Shown here piece by piece: positions 11,383 to 24,194 of a DNA stretch of 38,427 nucleotides. The notes beneath the pieces are model-generated. The model was not told the DNA's origin. It was given only the letters and a program-made list of their open reading frames with translations, and made no database searches. Position numbers and translations under genes: made by a program. The stretch is from Asterionella formosa (taxonomy: Eukaryota): contig NKIB01015073.1 of NCBI GenBank assembly GCA_002256025.1, positions 1-38,427 on the forward strand, given 5' to 3'. Position 1 is the stretch's first letter. Each line of letters opens with the position of its first letter.

Positions 11383-13569
11383 TCAGTTACCTCTGGTAAT
11401 CACGCTGTTGAAGGCTGCTTGGCTGAGAGTTACCCTTCCTGTACTCTGCTGTCGTTTCTTGCCTTTCTTCTGCTTTTCCAATAGCTTCATTTTTCTCGTA
11501 ACATCGCCGCCACCAACAGACTTGCTTCCTCCAGTGGTAAGGACGTCCTTTCTATAGGGGTTGATTCGCTCACTAGCAATAATTTTGCCACCCGCCTTGG
11601 CTTGAATGACAGTCACAAACTGTTGTCGAGGTAAGACGTCTTGGAGCTTCTTGCAAACCAGACGAGATTGGGCCTGAGCCACGTCTACGTGGCAAACAAA
11701 GGACAGGGGTTCTACGATCTCTTGATTCAGCATTATGTCAACTTTGCTCAGCTTGGCTTCTTGAAATGGTGGATCTGCTTCCGTCGTGTCCAGACTTCCA
11801 TAGCCTGCCGTAATATTCTTCAATTCGTCGTGAAAGTCCGTCACTAACTCACCCCATGGCATCCGTCCTGTAAAAAGCCAATTCTCTTCATCTATGGGTC
11901 TAGATTCCAAACCCACACATCGCTTCCGTGTCATCAAGTCCATAATGCCTCCTGTGTAATCCGTTGGGGCCATGATAGATGCGTTTACCATGGGCTCTTG
12001 TATAGACACTTTCGCGGCACCTGGATCAGGCCATTTGGCCAAGTCCTCAATGATTTCGGTATATGGTTCAGTAAGTTTATTTGTAATGTGTGGGTGGTAT
12101 GTAATGTGATATGGAACTTTTGGAGGTGTCACTATAGCCTCCAATTCATGTTCGTCTTCCAATCGTTGTCTAAAAATCTCCACGTGCAACATGCCTTGGA
12201 AGCCGATACGAAGACCAGGACCTAAGAAAGGACCACCGTCTTCACCAGCTGAAGATCCTGCTGTTTTTGAAACCTCCAAGCCAGGATCATTCAGGGCCAT
12301 TTTTTCTACAGCAACACACAACTCTTCAAAGCCATCTGCTTCTAAAGGATGCACCGATGCATACAGAACCGACTTGGTTTCACCACAAGTGGGAAGTGAA
12401 GGCATGATCATTTTTTTGCCAACGTCTTTATTCATGATGAGTACTGTTCCTGTCCTGGCTTGTCTTGGATCCTTCAGTCCAAATCTAACATAGCCCATCT
12501 GCCCCCGTTTTAGGTGATTCATTCGCAAGGGGGTCGGTACTACAATCCCGATTTCTTGTACAGAATAAGACGAGGAGTCGCTACCAACAATGGAAATCCG
12601 ATCCGTTTCCTTCAGTTCGCCCGACACAATTTGCACAAGGCAGTTCACGCCTCGATTATCGTACCATGAGTCTACCACTTGAGCCCTCATTGTACTTCCA
12701 TCGTCATCTTCCAATATCTTAGGTGGAGGGACTTGTTCACAAACTGCGTCCAAAACGCCCTGAATTCCTAGCCTGTTTCTAGCTGAGGTATGTAGAATAG
12801 TGTCTGGATCATCCCAATTGAGCCATTCGGAGACAGTCAATGCTACATGGATGGGTCGGGCTTCCGCCAAGTCCACTTTAGTGAGTCCGATGAGAAGCTG
12901 TGGTGGATTAGGTAGCGACTTGGCTTTGTGATAAACAGAAAATGTTTGCGCTTGAATGCCTTGTGTCGCATCCAACAGCAATACAGCGCCTTGAATAAAG
13001 GAGAGTGATCTCGAAACCTCCAAACCAAAATCAACATGACCTGGAGTATCTACCATATTTAGCAGAATCAACCCCTCTGGTCCAACTGCCGATGGGTGAG
13101 GATACAGCATCGTCGCTGCTGAAGCTTTGACAGTGATCCCTCTTTCCTGCTCCACTGCCAGCGTATCGAGTGCCTCAATCTTTTCCTTGTTCTTGGCGTC
13201 AACGTGCAACGGGAGATCGAGGGTGCCAGCCGCGGCCTGCCGCGCTAATAGCTGTGCTTCTTTGCCTAGATTTCCAGTCAGCTCCAACACACGAGAGGCA
13301 AGACTTGATTTCCCGTGATCTACGTGTGCAATGAAGCAAAAATTTCGAACGTCTTCTAATGGGATTTTGTCCATGAGGTCCTTGTCCTCGAGAATTGAGA
13401 CCAGACGAGTTTCATGAATTCGAGTTGACAGGAACCGATGATTGCAAAAACTTCGTAGAGGTCGCTTACGGATTAGAGTAATACCGGTAGGCGATTGATG
13501 ACACACATCGTTGCACCGTTTAAGCAGAGCTGAGGGATACTGACGGAGGAAAGAGGAAGTTGCCGTCAT
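11383..13569 (-). CDS. GUF1: Translation factor GUF1/LepA (EF4), probably mitochondrial, divergent
   Basis: 'RNFCFIAHVDHGKSSL', 'EQERGITVKA', 'LNMVDTPGHVDF', 'GFQGMLHVEI', 'LPRQQFVTVIQA' and 'GGDVTRKMKLLEKQKKGK'. The Arg/Ser-rich N-terminus resembles a mitochondrial presequence. Confidence 0.93.
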   Translation of the reverse strand: MTATSSFLRQYPSALLKRCNDVCHQSPTGITLIRKRPLRSFCNHRFLSTRIHETRLVSILEDKDLMDKIPLEDVRNFCFIAHVDHGKSSLASRVLELTGNLGKEAQLLARQAAAGTLDLPLHVDAKNKEKIEALDTLAVEQERGITVKASAATMLYPHPSAVGPEGLILLNMVDTPGHVDFGLEVSRSLSFIQGAVLLLDATQGIQAQTFSVYHKAKSLPNPPQLLIGLTKVDLAEARPIHVALTVSEWLNWDDPDTILHTSARNRLGIQGVLDAVCEQVPPPKILEDDDGSTMRAQVVDSWYDNRGVNCLVQIVSGELKETDRISIVGSDSSSYSVQEIGIVVPTPLRMNHLKRGQMGYVRFGLKDPRQARTGTVLIMNKDVGKKMIMPSLPTCGETKSVLYASVHPLEADGFEELCVAVEKMALNDPGLEVSKTAGSSAGEDGGPFLGPGLRIGFQGMLHVEIFRQRLEDEHELEAIVTPPKVPYHITYHPHITNKLTEPYTEIIEDLAKWPDPGAAKVSIQEPMVNASIMAPTDYTGGIMDLMTRKRCVGLESRPIDEENWLFTGRMPWGELVTDFHDELKNITAGYGSLDTTEADPPFQEAKLSKVDIMLNQEIVEPLSFVCHVDVAQAQSRLVCKKLQDVLPRQQFVTVIQAKAGGKIIASERINPYRKDVLTTGGSKSVGGGDVTRKMKLLEKQKKGKKRQQSTGRVTLSQAAFNSVITRGN

Positions 13570-13744
13570 GGTAACCAAACGCCGCCTCCTTTTGCCCTTT
13601 CGGCTTTGAATTCACTGCTATTAGATGTAAAGGTGTGTGTTGCTATTCAAAGCAGAGCACCAGTATTACAGCTTCGAATGCGATTCCTTTGCAGGTGCTG
13701 TATGTCGGTGGGGTCCTGAAAATGTTGATTTTTTGTCACCTCGA

Positions 13745-14017
13745 GTACCTGGGACGAGACCTCAACCTTGTACCTGGCACCAGGTATTATTACCAGGTAC
13801 CTGCAAGTTGCGGTCATTTTGCTTAAACTATCATTTTAATCTCGAATAAAAATAGCTAAATATTTAGTCTCAACAAAATCACCGCAACTTGCTGGTATGC
13901 ATACACCCGCACCAGGTAATATCTGATACTCCCTACCGGTACCTGGTACAAAAGTCCTGCATGCTGCTAATAATGACATCTAGTACGGGGTGAGTACCTG
14001 GTACCTGGTACCTGGTA
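13745..14017. promoter_or_regulatory. Cluster of TACCTGG/CCAGGTA/TACCGGTA motifs in the divergent GUF1 / DUF3598-like intergenic region
   Basis: Multiple copies, including a tandem GTACCTG array at 13994-14017 and inverted pairs at 13771-13786. A regulatory role is inferred from position only. Confidence 0.5.
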
Positions 14018-14155
14018 GTCCACCAATCATGAAAAGCATCAAGCAATAATAGCTAATCTATTCCACATTCCACAGACAATCAAAAAGAATGACAAAAGCT
14101 GACACTAATAGAGAGGTTGATCCTGATTTCATCCGTCAATCGTCATCAAGACAAC

Positions 14156-15759
14156 ATGTCGAGAATCCCGAGGCCTTCAACTTTGTTTTTCCTGAATTGC
14201 GTTGCTTCTATTTTGATGCTTCATCACCAGTACAACGCTTTCACTCCCCATCCGAGTCGTCCATCTGACCTCCCATCCACTCGTCGCTTTGGATCGTCCA
14301 GTAAGGGCCCTAACAACGAAGCCATTGACGCATTGAGAAGCATCAATGACTTTCATGAAGGATCATGGAAGGGAAAGGCCACGTCGTTCACAATCACTGC
14401 TGACCTTGCGTCGGGCGTTGTTAGGCGTAAATCTCTCGATGCCTACACCACATCAGTCAAGGTTGGTCTTGATGTAGATTCAAACAAAGGTACAATTTAC
14501 AGCTTGCGGGAAACTTTTGAGTGGAAAAGTAATGCCGTGTCGGTTCGAACCCTCAATTTGCTTGACTCCCATGCCGACGTGGACAGCGTTGATGGCTCGT
14601 ATTCGTTGGACTCTACGAACAGCGCAAATCTTCCACCTGATTTGATTGGAACCGACCAGTTGATTCGATTTTGTATTGAACACACATTAGCTATCAATGA
14701 TAACGAACGAGTGCGGTGTTTCATCCTGTATGGACTAGATAAGGCCCTTGCCAGAGTTGTCCTGTGCGAAGAGGAACGAGTCGAGGCAAATACTAAAGCT
14801 AGGGCGGCTTCGAAAGCGCAGATGAGTGCTTCAGCAGATCAAACTCTGGAAGGTATTTTGGCAGTCAAGAGTGACACGGATAGAATTGCGGAAAAGGTGT
14901 TAGGGAACATTTTTCCTTCGGCGTTTTCCAGTGTGTCATCTGGGACGCTGATACCATCATTGCCATCGACATCCGAACAACTATCAGAACTGAAATTGTC
15001 ACGCCACGCAACCAGCTTGTTCGAATTATCGTCTGGTGTGTGGCTTGGAGATGCAATAGTGCGAGCGCCAAAGAGCTACGAACCATCTCGAGGCTTCAAT
15101 ATTGGAGGAAAGACTTCCAAGCTTTCACTCAGAAAGAAAGGCTTTGCCAACTGGTCGACAGGCGTCCAGAAGCTCGCCGTGCAATGGGACTGGAATTTTG
15201 GGGATGTGGTACAAAAGAAAGTGAGCACAGGTATACCACTGGGAATCGAACTTGATCAGGGGCTTTCTATGTCCATTTCGGGAGTTGTGTGCACTGACGA
15301 GAGTGCTTCTGGTCGAATACCTGAGCATCAACGAATGGTGTGTGTCGACTGGAGCAGTTGTGGGAGTGTCTGGTTCTTGTTGAATCATGTTAGTATTCAG
15401 GTGAGCTTCATTGGACCATTGCAACTACTGGCATTTATACCGATTGCGTCTGACTTCACCTGTGCATTCCTTATTTCATCGTTTGCTTAAACTTCAAACA
15501 AATTTGGCTCTCATTGTTCCAACCTTGCATTCAGGCTCCAAAGCATCTTTGGTTGCATCATCCTGGTAAACAAACCAAGCCTTTCTGTACTGACATGACA
15601 GTTTATCAAAGTTCTTTTAGAAATGAGAAGAGCATTAAGGTAAAAGATACACTAGAAGGGCTCTGTGCATCATCAATATCACGGGCCTACGATTCTGAAG
15701 GTCAATTCAAGCAAGGATCATCATCGTTCTTCACTTTTAGGCCAATAACAGAAATTTGA
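14156..15759 (+). CDS. Putative plastid-targeted protein with a duplicated beta-barrel-like (DUF3598-like) domain; exons 14156-15400 and 15535-15759, intron 15401-15534 (134 nt)
   Basis: A phase-0 GTGAGC donor and CAG acceptor join the ORFs in frame. A hydrophobic N-terminus is followed by 'YNAFTP' (ASAFAP-like) and a Ser/Arg-rich transit-like stretch. The two halves begin 'HEGSWKG' and 'SSGVWLG'. Confidence 0.6.
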
Positions 15760-17454
15760 TTCTTTCCTTAATCATCAGCTTGAATGTTCTTAACAGCTAA
15801 CAAAAATTGATAATAGAAAAACAATGCGTCTTGAATGGCATTGTATGTTGTCATTTGGTATTGGTACCTGCAGACCAAAGATTCAATGAAATGAAAGCCT
15901 ATATCATAACATGTTTGAATTGATCAAAATCATGAACTAGTCATTACTAAATGTTCTTATCAAAAGCCAGCCGACATTTCATTGGCAAAATCAAGATATA
16001 ATCTCGATAACTCCGATGCAATTTCAGGTTGGCTTCTGTGCAAGTTCCTCCAAATTTAGATGCCTGAGGACTTTTTGACATCACACAATTTGTTAGGTTG
16101 GGTTATCATAAACTAAAACACTTATAAGCCTCAAGTATATGACCCTCAGAACTCTTCTATAAAGGTTTGTGCGAAATAAATCGATAATTAAGGATTAAAA
16201 TACCTCAACTTTGACCACCAGAAGTCACAGATTTTCAGTGTCAAAATGTAGTATTTGGAAATTTAGGTTTGAAATTCTCTCCGGATACTCTCCCCTAGAA
16301 AACTGAGTACTACGGAAAAATATTCTCTAAGACTTCGATCTTTGTAGGCCTGATTCACCTTTTGCTCTTGTTTTTTGTAATCTTGACAGGACTGGGCATA
16401 CCAGTTTACCTTCTGGCAATCATGTAAAATTTTGCTCATTAACTACTACTATGTTGAGCAAATTTCCTTGCATCTTGTGAAATTCTGAAAAATGGCAAAA
16501 CTGCCAAACTTCAGCCTCAAAATTGGATGAAATGGCTGTAAGCTGACATTTCCCAATGTTCTATCATTTGGATTTCAAATTTTATTTTGTTTCAAATAAA
16601 TGCTGCGTCACCATGCAATCTGATCAGCGGCACCTTTTATATCTAGCATAATAGATTTTCTGGTGCTTTGTAAAAATATTCTGGCTTCTTCAATCCTTAT
16701 AGAGGTGACCCATAAAGGATATTAAAATATAGAGTTTTTGAAATCAGAATGTGGAACAGCAATGATAGTTGCAGTTTGGGTTATCATGCATTTCGTGGTG
16801 ATGTTGTCCTGAGACCAACACATGTATCATTTGACTTTGCAAGCAAACAGCCATGCTTGGTAAACCATTCTCCTCTACTTATCAACATGAAATTTTATCA
16901 AATAGCTTAAAGAGAGAAAATAAAGCAGGCATTTACCAAATTTCTGTCATTTTACATACCCAGAAAATACTGACATGAAACTTTATCGAAGTGCTTTGCT
17001 AATGAGTTGAGAATAGTTTAAAGATGAAAGGATTTGAATTCCGGCCTAGGATTCCAAAGATCAGTTTATGCGGGGCTCACTATCATTCTTCACTTTTAGA
17101 TCAATGATGCTGACAAAAGAACTCCATCCTTTGACATCTGGAAAGATTATGTTAAACTCAAAGAAATATACCATGGAAGACTATTTGGTTATAGAAAATG
17201 ATACTACTTGTTAATAAACTGGTATTTTTGATTCTGAATTTTCTCATTTGGACGTGAGGTAGTATTGAAACTCAACAGAAAAATACTCAATCGAAATAAA
17301 AGGCTGGATCAGCTTTCACCTATTGATCAATAAATTGTTCATTGGGAAAATGCAAACTAAGATCTTCTGCCTGGATCTTCGAAGAAATGAATAGAAATCC
17401 ACTTGATGCGCAAATGATCGATCTTGGGAGGCAAGTTGTTTCGTTGTCTCGCGC

Positions 17455-17814
17455 CTACTTTGTTATAGGAGGGAAAAAATCGACGGACTTGTTCACATCT
17501 GTAGGTTTGTTGGGGATTATAGGACTCGCTTGCGCTTTCGAAAGTACATGGAGGCGGCCGCTACTCCAAGATTCGCTGGTCGCAAAGATGCTCCTTGGAT
17601 TGACGTACGAAATATCGAACTGGCTCAAGATGGACTAGTTGTCAAGAGAAGATAATAAGAGTTAGTAGAGTTGACGCAAGGGAATCCGAACCCCCTTCAT
17701 ACGTACATCTAAAGACGAGTCGTTCTCGTCGGTGGTCACAATGATGGGCTGTTGTAGCCATCGCAGCTCTTCGTTGATGGGTAGTGATGCTCTTCTTGTC
17801 GTCTCTTTACTCAT
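17455..17814 (-). CDS. Small two-exon orphan protein, 95 aa (MSKETTRRASLPINEELRWLQQPII...VDFFPPITK); exons 17814-17707 and 17634-17455, intron 17706-17635 (72 nt)
   Basis: ACAATG start context, GTACGT donor, perfect TACTAAC branch point (17667-17661), pyrimidine tract and TAG acceptor. Phase-0 join reads open to TAG at 17457-17455. Locally GC-richer than its flanks, with the promoter-type palindrome at 17976-17998 upstream. Confidence 0.6.
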
Positions 17815-18203
17815 TGTCTTTATGATTGTTTAGGCTCTCGTAACTTATTGTGGTTGTGATGTCACAACTGATCGTCTAGGCAATTTATTACATCGACTAA
17901 CAACATCGAGGAAAATACGCTTGAAGGAGGTTATTTTGTGACTTCCGGGAAGCTCTGGGGAAATTTGGAGGCACAGTACCTGGTACCAGGTACCGGTATT
18001 AGACATAATAGATCGATCATACATACATCACGTACGTCATAGAGTACTATTGTCACAATGGCGACAGATGTTCGAAGGCTATCACAGGTGTTGAAGTCTG
18101 AGGAGAGGCTGAATGGATATCAGTATTTATGCATGGGCTGATTAAGGATTGCTTGATGTCTGGTCCTGTCCTGGTTGCACTTAAAGGACAGCACTTACAG
18201 GCT

Positions 18204-18370
18204 AAATCATCTAACATGATGACAACAGTGCAATATGGAAGAGATCAGATATGGTCAATTCAATTGAGAATCAACAGTGCTGCCCAAAAATCATCTAACA
18301 TGATGACAACAGTGCAATATGGAAGAGATCAGATGTTGTCAATTCAAATGAGAATTAACAGTGCTGCCCA
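18204..18370. repeat. Tandem duplication, 2 x 84 bp, few mismatches
   Basis: 'aaatcatctaacatgatgacaacagtgcaatatggaagagatcagat...aacagtgctgccca' starts at 18204 and again at 18288. Confidence 0.9.
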
Positions 18371-18779
18371 TGCCAGGTAAGCATGATTTACCTTTGAAGT
18401 AAGCACAAAGATGTAATAAACAGGGCACTTGTACTACTTGGTATATCATTCATCATCATTAGGTACCCACATACCATGAGTAGATGACTTGCTAAAATGG
18501 GGATGTAATAAAAGGACATAAATGGCTGGTTGCAATACATTGAAATATCTGACTGCTACCTACAAGCAGCCACAAAATGATACAAAGAGTGCAGACAAAA
18601 AGGTGAAAGCTTTGTACAATTATTCAGAACAAGATGGTCCTGAGTGAAAAAATCATTCGTCAAGACAACTTATTGCCTCCTATATAGGATGTCATTTGCC
18701 AGATTGGCTTATAGATACATACAATCAATCAATGGTATTCATCTTGCATATGCATGTGAGCAAGCAAAGGAAAGTGGCT

Positions 18780-21700
18780 CTAATAACTACCTTGTGGTTG
18801 GAATGATCCAATAGCAGTTGCAACTGGGTGTCCATCCCGACCTGGTGCCGTGCTGATCAATGCATTCGCAGCAATCTTGTCAGCACAGAGCATACGAATA
18901 CGTTCACTTGTTGCTGGCATTCGAAGCTCAAAGTAACCTTCTTCATGATGATCCTTTCGGGCTGCTCTGATAGCATCCTTGAGAGCATAGTACACGCTGG
19001 CGCCGAGAAAGAAAGGTGGTTCGCCAATAGCCTTGCTGCTGTGAACAGCAAATGGATTGGTAGCGTTCTCCAAAAGGGAAACATTGAAGGTTTCAGGAAC
19101 ATCATTAAATGCTGGGATCTTGTATGTTCCTGGACCTGTGGTAAAGACGCGGCCTCGGGGACGAATCCATGTGTGGTCGTCGTCAGCATATACAACCTCT
19201 TCAATCGTGCTCCAACCCATTCCTTGCGTGAACGCTCCTTCGATTTGGCCGATATCTATTGTTGGGTTTATGGACGAACCAACGTCGACAAGCACATCAG
19301 CTCGCGTGCAGCGGTGATTTCCAGTCAACACATCAATTTCCACTTCCGCACAAGCAACACCCTGCGTGAAGTAGTTGAATGCATTCCCTTTCCATGAATT
19401 TTCAGGCATATCATCTGGGAAATCATCAGGTTTCTCCTTTGTCCAGTCGAATCCACAACGTTCGTCGGACAGAGCAAAGAATCCAAGAGCCGAAAGGTCG
19501 ATTCTGTTGAAAAATGCGTCAGTTGCAACCTGACTTAGAGTTGCACCAGGTCCAAGCTTTTCTCGAATGGGATTGATTCTGGAAATAATTTTCCGACAGG
19601 CATCAAGAGTAGCCATTCCATACTGATCAGTTGAAATGGAAGCTGCAGTTGGTTGAGTGTTCGCGACCTTATCCGTGCTTGTATCGTTGATATAAACATC
19701 TTCGATTGGGATACCAAAGGCTTGAGCAGCAACCTGACAGACTTTCGTGTGAAGGCCTTGCCCCATTTCAGTACCTCCGTGACTGACGAGCACTGATCCA
19801 TCGATGTAAAGATGAACTAAAGCACCACCCTGATTCATAAACTTTGCAGTGAATGCGATTCCGAACTTGAGGAAAATTTAGTTGTTAGGGACAAAAGGTT
19901 GCAACATAATTACTCACAAATAGTCTGCATACCTTAGTAGGAACTAGAGAAAGACCACGCTTCACCCACTTGCTTTCAATATTGAACAGTTCAACCTCCT
20001 CCCGTCGTCGCTCGACATTAAGATCACGGAACAAGCGATCCCACATCATGGGGACATTCCACGTTCCGCCTGTCTTTTCTGTAAGGTACATCCCAAATGG
20101 TGTGCACTGCTCTCTTTTGTACATATTACTCCTTCTGATGGAGTCGACAGAAACTTTACATTCTAGTGCAAGATGATCCATAATATGCTCAACAGTCGCA
20201 ATGGCCTGCGGGCCACCAAATCCACGGTAGGCAGTATGCGCTGGTTGGGCTGTTTTGCAAATGTTACCAATAGCACGGAAGTGGGGCCAGAAGTAGCACC
20301 CATCAACATGGAAAAGTGCTCGGTCCATCACGGGTCCAGACAAATCAAAGGCATAACCTCCGTTGCTGTATAAACTCACATCTAGAGCCTGCAATGCAAC
20401 ACTTCCATCATCTAAGATCGTTGCACTTGCTTTGTATTTAGAGACAAACGCATGTCGGGTCCCCGTGATGCTCATGTCCACGTCTCGTGCTAGTGTGAGT
20501 CGTACAGGACGGCAAGTGATCTTTGCGGCAACAGCAGCTGCACATGACGCAAAAGCACTACGAGTCTCTTTTCCCCCAAACCCTCCTCCCATTCTCTTCA
20601 TTCGAACAACCACCTTCGCTGCAGGTGTGCCGGTGGCGGATGCACAATAATTTTGGGTTTTCGTAGGAGCTTGCGTTGAACAATAAACTGTAAGATTTGT
20701 ATCAGACTCAGATGGAACAACCAACGATGAGTTGGTTTCAAGGTAAAAGTGCTCCTGACCGCCGCACATGAAGGACCCTTCAACAGTCACTGTATCACCG
20801 GGTTGAGGATTGTCTGTTAGCATTGCCGAGAGAGAATCAATATATGCAATATCCCCACGCACTAGCGTATGCTGAGCGAAGTCATAGAAGCTACAGGCAG
20901 CGATTGCGTCCTCGATGCTGACAAGAACCTTCTCGTCGGGTTTCCCATACTTCACCTCAATTGCCCGAGCACCCGCCTCTGCCACTTCTAAAGTTTCCCC
21001 TACTACAATCCCAAGGACTTGACCAATGGTAGCAACCTTCTCACCAATTGGAAGGAAGACAAATTCGTCCTTAACAATGGGTCCAAGCTTATTATAACCT
21101 CCAATCTTTTCAAGATCTTTGTAAGTGAATGCTCCAACAACTCCTTCAATGGTAAGGGCGTTTTCGACATCAATTGATTCCAAAATGCCCCCACATTCCG
21201 AAGTAAGAATCAAGACCGCTTGCAATGTGGAGGGGGGAAGTGGAACATCATCTGTGTACAAAGCTTCACCAGTACAATGCAGTGGACCGGACATGTGTGA
21301 AGTGGCCTTGCCAACAGCATGTTCCTTAGCCTTAGCACCAGAAACCGGTTCTTTCATCTTGGGAAGTACTTCATCCTCAAGCCCTTTTACAAACTGCGGA
21401 GCTGGGTATTTCTGAACTCCACGAATCGATGGCTTTTTCGCATCAACAAAGGTTTTCGCAGCCGTCGTTTCGGCTTCAGTAAGTATGGGAACCGGAGGAA
21501 AATCTTGGTCTGGCATTTTTTCAACATCCACTCGAAGCTCATTGATGACGGAAACAAAAAACTTGTGCAGGAAGGACGCCGCCAAGGTCATGCGATATGT
21601 CGCTTGCCCTCCAGGTACATCATATGGTAGCTGCAGCTCTTGTAGAAGTACCTCTCGCGCTTCATCAAATGTCTCCATGCTAAATTTTTTGCCCTCCAGG

Positions 21701-23511
21701 AAGTCAGTTGTCTTTCTTGACATGATCGTCTTTGGAGCCATGCCACCAAAAGCAAAGCTAGCAAAAACAATGGTCCACTTCCCATCTTCCACGGCCAGTT
21801 TAATTTTCATTCCAGCAGTCACAATGCTGATGTCGTCTTCTCGGCGACGGGCTTGTTTGAATGGCTTCAGGTATTCGAAATTAGAACTCAAAACAGGCAC
21901 TTCCACAAACTCGACTATTTCAGTACATTTCAAATCTACCTTTCGGTAACTCAAAAAGAAATCAGATACTGGAACTCGGCGTTGAGAAACATACGGGCCA
22001 TCCTCTCCGAGGGATGAAATGACAATTCGTGCTCCCATGCTTGCAAGCATGGGATTCATATCAGAAATAGGACTTGCAGTTACCAAATTACCACCCAAAC
22101 ATGCAACATTTCGAATTTGAGTAGATGCAAACCAACGAAGCATGTCGCTAATCGGCTTGACAGTTCTGCTAAAAATGGGATCTTCTGACAGAATCTCGCA
22201 TTCATGTTGAATCATACTTAGAGATGTACATGAGCCAATCTCTAGCAAATTTGGTTTTGTTCTAAAACAAAAGAGTGTCTCAATAGACTCCGGCGGGGCA
22301 ACCAATCGAGGGTAAACTGCATGCTTGAATCGAGCTTCTATGCCGACTTCTGTATTTCCAACAACTATCTTACAACCACCTTCTCCAGTTCCACCGTGTT
22401 CTTTGAGTATCCCAAGTAGATCGAGGAGCGTCGAGGGCTTTATCCATGTGCCCGCTGAATGGTATTCTGATCTGTCCACGATTACCAAAGGCTTGGCGAG
22501 TTCGGTGAAAATAACTGAGTCTACATCCATGAGCTCTTTTGGAAACATAAGGTTGGGCTGATCCAACCATCCCTTCTTGATGCTCGCTTTATACTCCTGT
22601 ACCTTATCCAAGGAGGACGAGCAGCACAGTGTTGTAACGGTTCCCAAATCCAGTTTCTTCTCCTCTTCCTTGCCTTCTATATTGCAATCCATCTCACATT
22701 CCTCCCGTTCTGGACATTCACGACATGCGGTCCCGCAGGGACCAGTCGCCAAATTCTCCTCGGCATCAGTGCACAAGGATCGGGCGGCGTCCCAAATTGG
22801 TCGATAACCAGTGCAGCGACAGAGATTGCCATCCAAGTGTTCTTCAAGATGTGCAACGGTGGAATTGTTGGCGAATAGTCCATAAATTGCCACAATAATA
22901 CCAGCTGTGATAAAAACGGTGAGAAACTACGGTATCAGCGAAAAAAATCTCAGGTACATGAGCAAAAATCCAAACTTCCCAAAACTTACGGGTACAAAAG
23001 CCACACTGTGAACCATGCATGTCCACCATTGCCTTCTGAATCGGATGCAGGTTGTCCCCCTTGACAGTCCCAATACCTTCAATCGTCGTGATGTGGCACC
23101 CATCAGCTGCCAAAACTGGCATTAAGCACGCATTGACAGAAATATGCTTGATCTTGTCAGTGTTGAATTCCTTCTTCGAGATCAAAACGGTACAAGCGCC
23201 ACAACCTCCTTCAGCGCATCCCAATTTGGATCCAGTCAGACCCATAACTTCACGAAGGAAGGAAAGGAGAGTCTGGTTAGGACGAGCTTGAGCAGCAAGT
23301 TTATCCGGAACTCTTGTTCCATTAATGTGCAAAATTGCCTTTGTTCTGTATCCTGGACGGAAGTTTGATACAATCGTTTGAGAACAAAAAGGAGATTATA
23401 TGACAAAATGTCTTCAATATTAGTCTCGTTCTAACCTTTTCTCGTCAATGAAGACAGAAGCTCCACATCGCCATTCTCGTAAGAAAGGCTAGGTTTCCCG
23501 TTCGGTGCCAT
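18780..23511 (-). CDS. XDH: Xanthine dehydrogenase/oxidoreductase; exons 23511-23436, 23352-22990, 22904-19933 and 19865-18780; about 1498 aa
   Basis: 2Fe-2S motifs 'GCAEGGCGAC' and 'QCGFCTPG...GNLCRCTGY'. FAD domain 'RWFASTQIRNVACLGGN'. Moco domain 'GGQEHFYLE', 'GGGFGGKETR', 'MDRALFH', 'AYRGFGGPQ', 'HGGTEMGQGL' and 'SSKAIGEPP'. Three GT-AG introns (83, 85 and 67 nt) keep the frame. Confidence 0.96.
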
Positions 23512-24194
23512 GGTCAATCAAACTCCCTATCCACTCGTCCTCGTGTGCTACAACCCTTGCTGCAAAATTGTGATCAGCATTTTGCATCAATTCGAATGCA
23601 AGTCAAGATGATATGTGGGATATACTGGCAATCCCCACCCTAGCTATCGTCTTGCTTTTCGATGAGAACTGTGGGTGTCTAAGTAATTATTGGTTTCTTT
23701 AAGTAATTTTTTTATTTAGGGGCAATATGGGGCACATTGGATTTTTCGGCAGTCAATTTTAGGTTTGAGCAGCAGGGACCATCGAGCAACGTCAGGAGTA
23801 GAATTTTCATCGGAAAAGGTTTACCGTAGACACATCAAAAATGCATGGACCACCGAATATACCGGTACCGGTATATGCATGAAAAATAGTTACACAAGAA
23901 TGATTGTAACAATCATCGAAAATTCGACACGATGTTGTTAAGCAACCAAAGTATGAAACGGAAATCGAAAGGTAAGACGTGAAAATGACAAGCAGGGAGT
24001 AGAGTAAAAAGTGGAAAAGAAAATGGGTCAGCGGAAAAATCGTGTGAAATTTTGTCAACGCATATTTATTAACAATTGTCAACTCACACTTTTTTGTCGT
24101 TGCAACGAAATTTCAAAATTTTTCAGATCGGGCCTGGCGGAGCAGAAACCGATGCCTGAATGTATTAAGAGGCAATGCTGGTTTATGAATTGAC

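Noticed and set aside
17342..17638. 98-aa ORF on the + strand
   Set aside because: Non-ATG start, and it is antisense to the better-supported spliced gene on the - strand.
18780..23332. Three XDH ORFs resembling a bacterial xdhABC operon
   Set aside because: GT-AG introns join them into one eukaryotic polypeptide, and the breakpoints do not match subunit boundaries.
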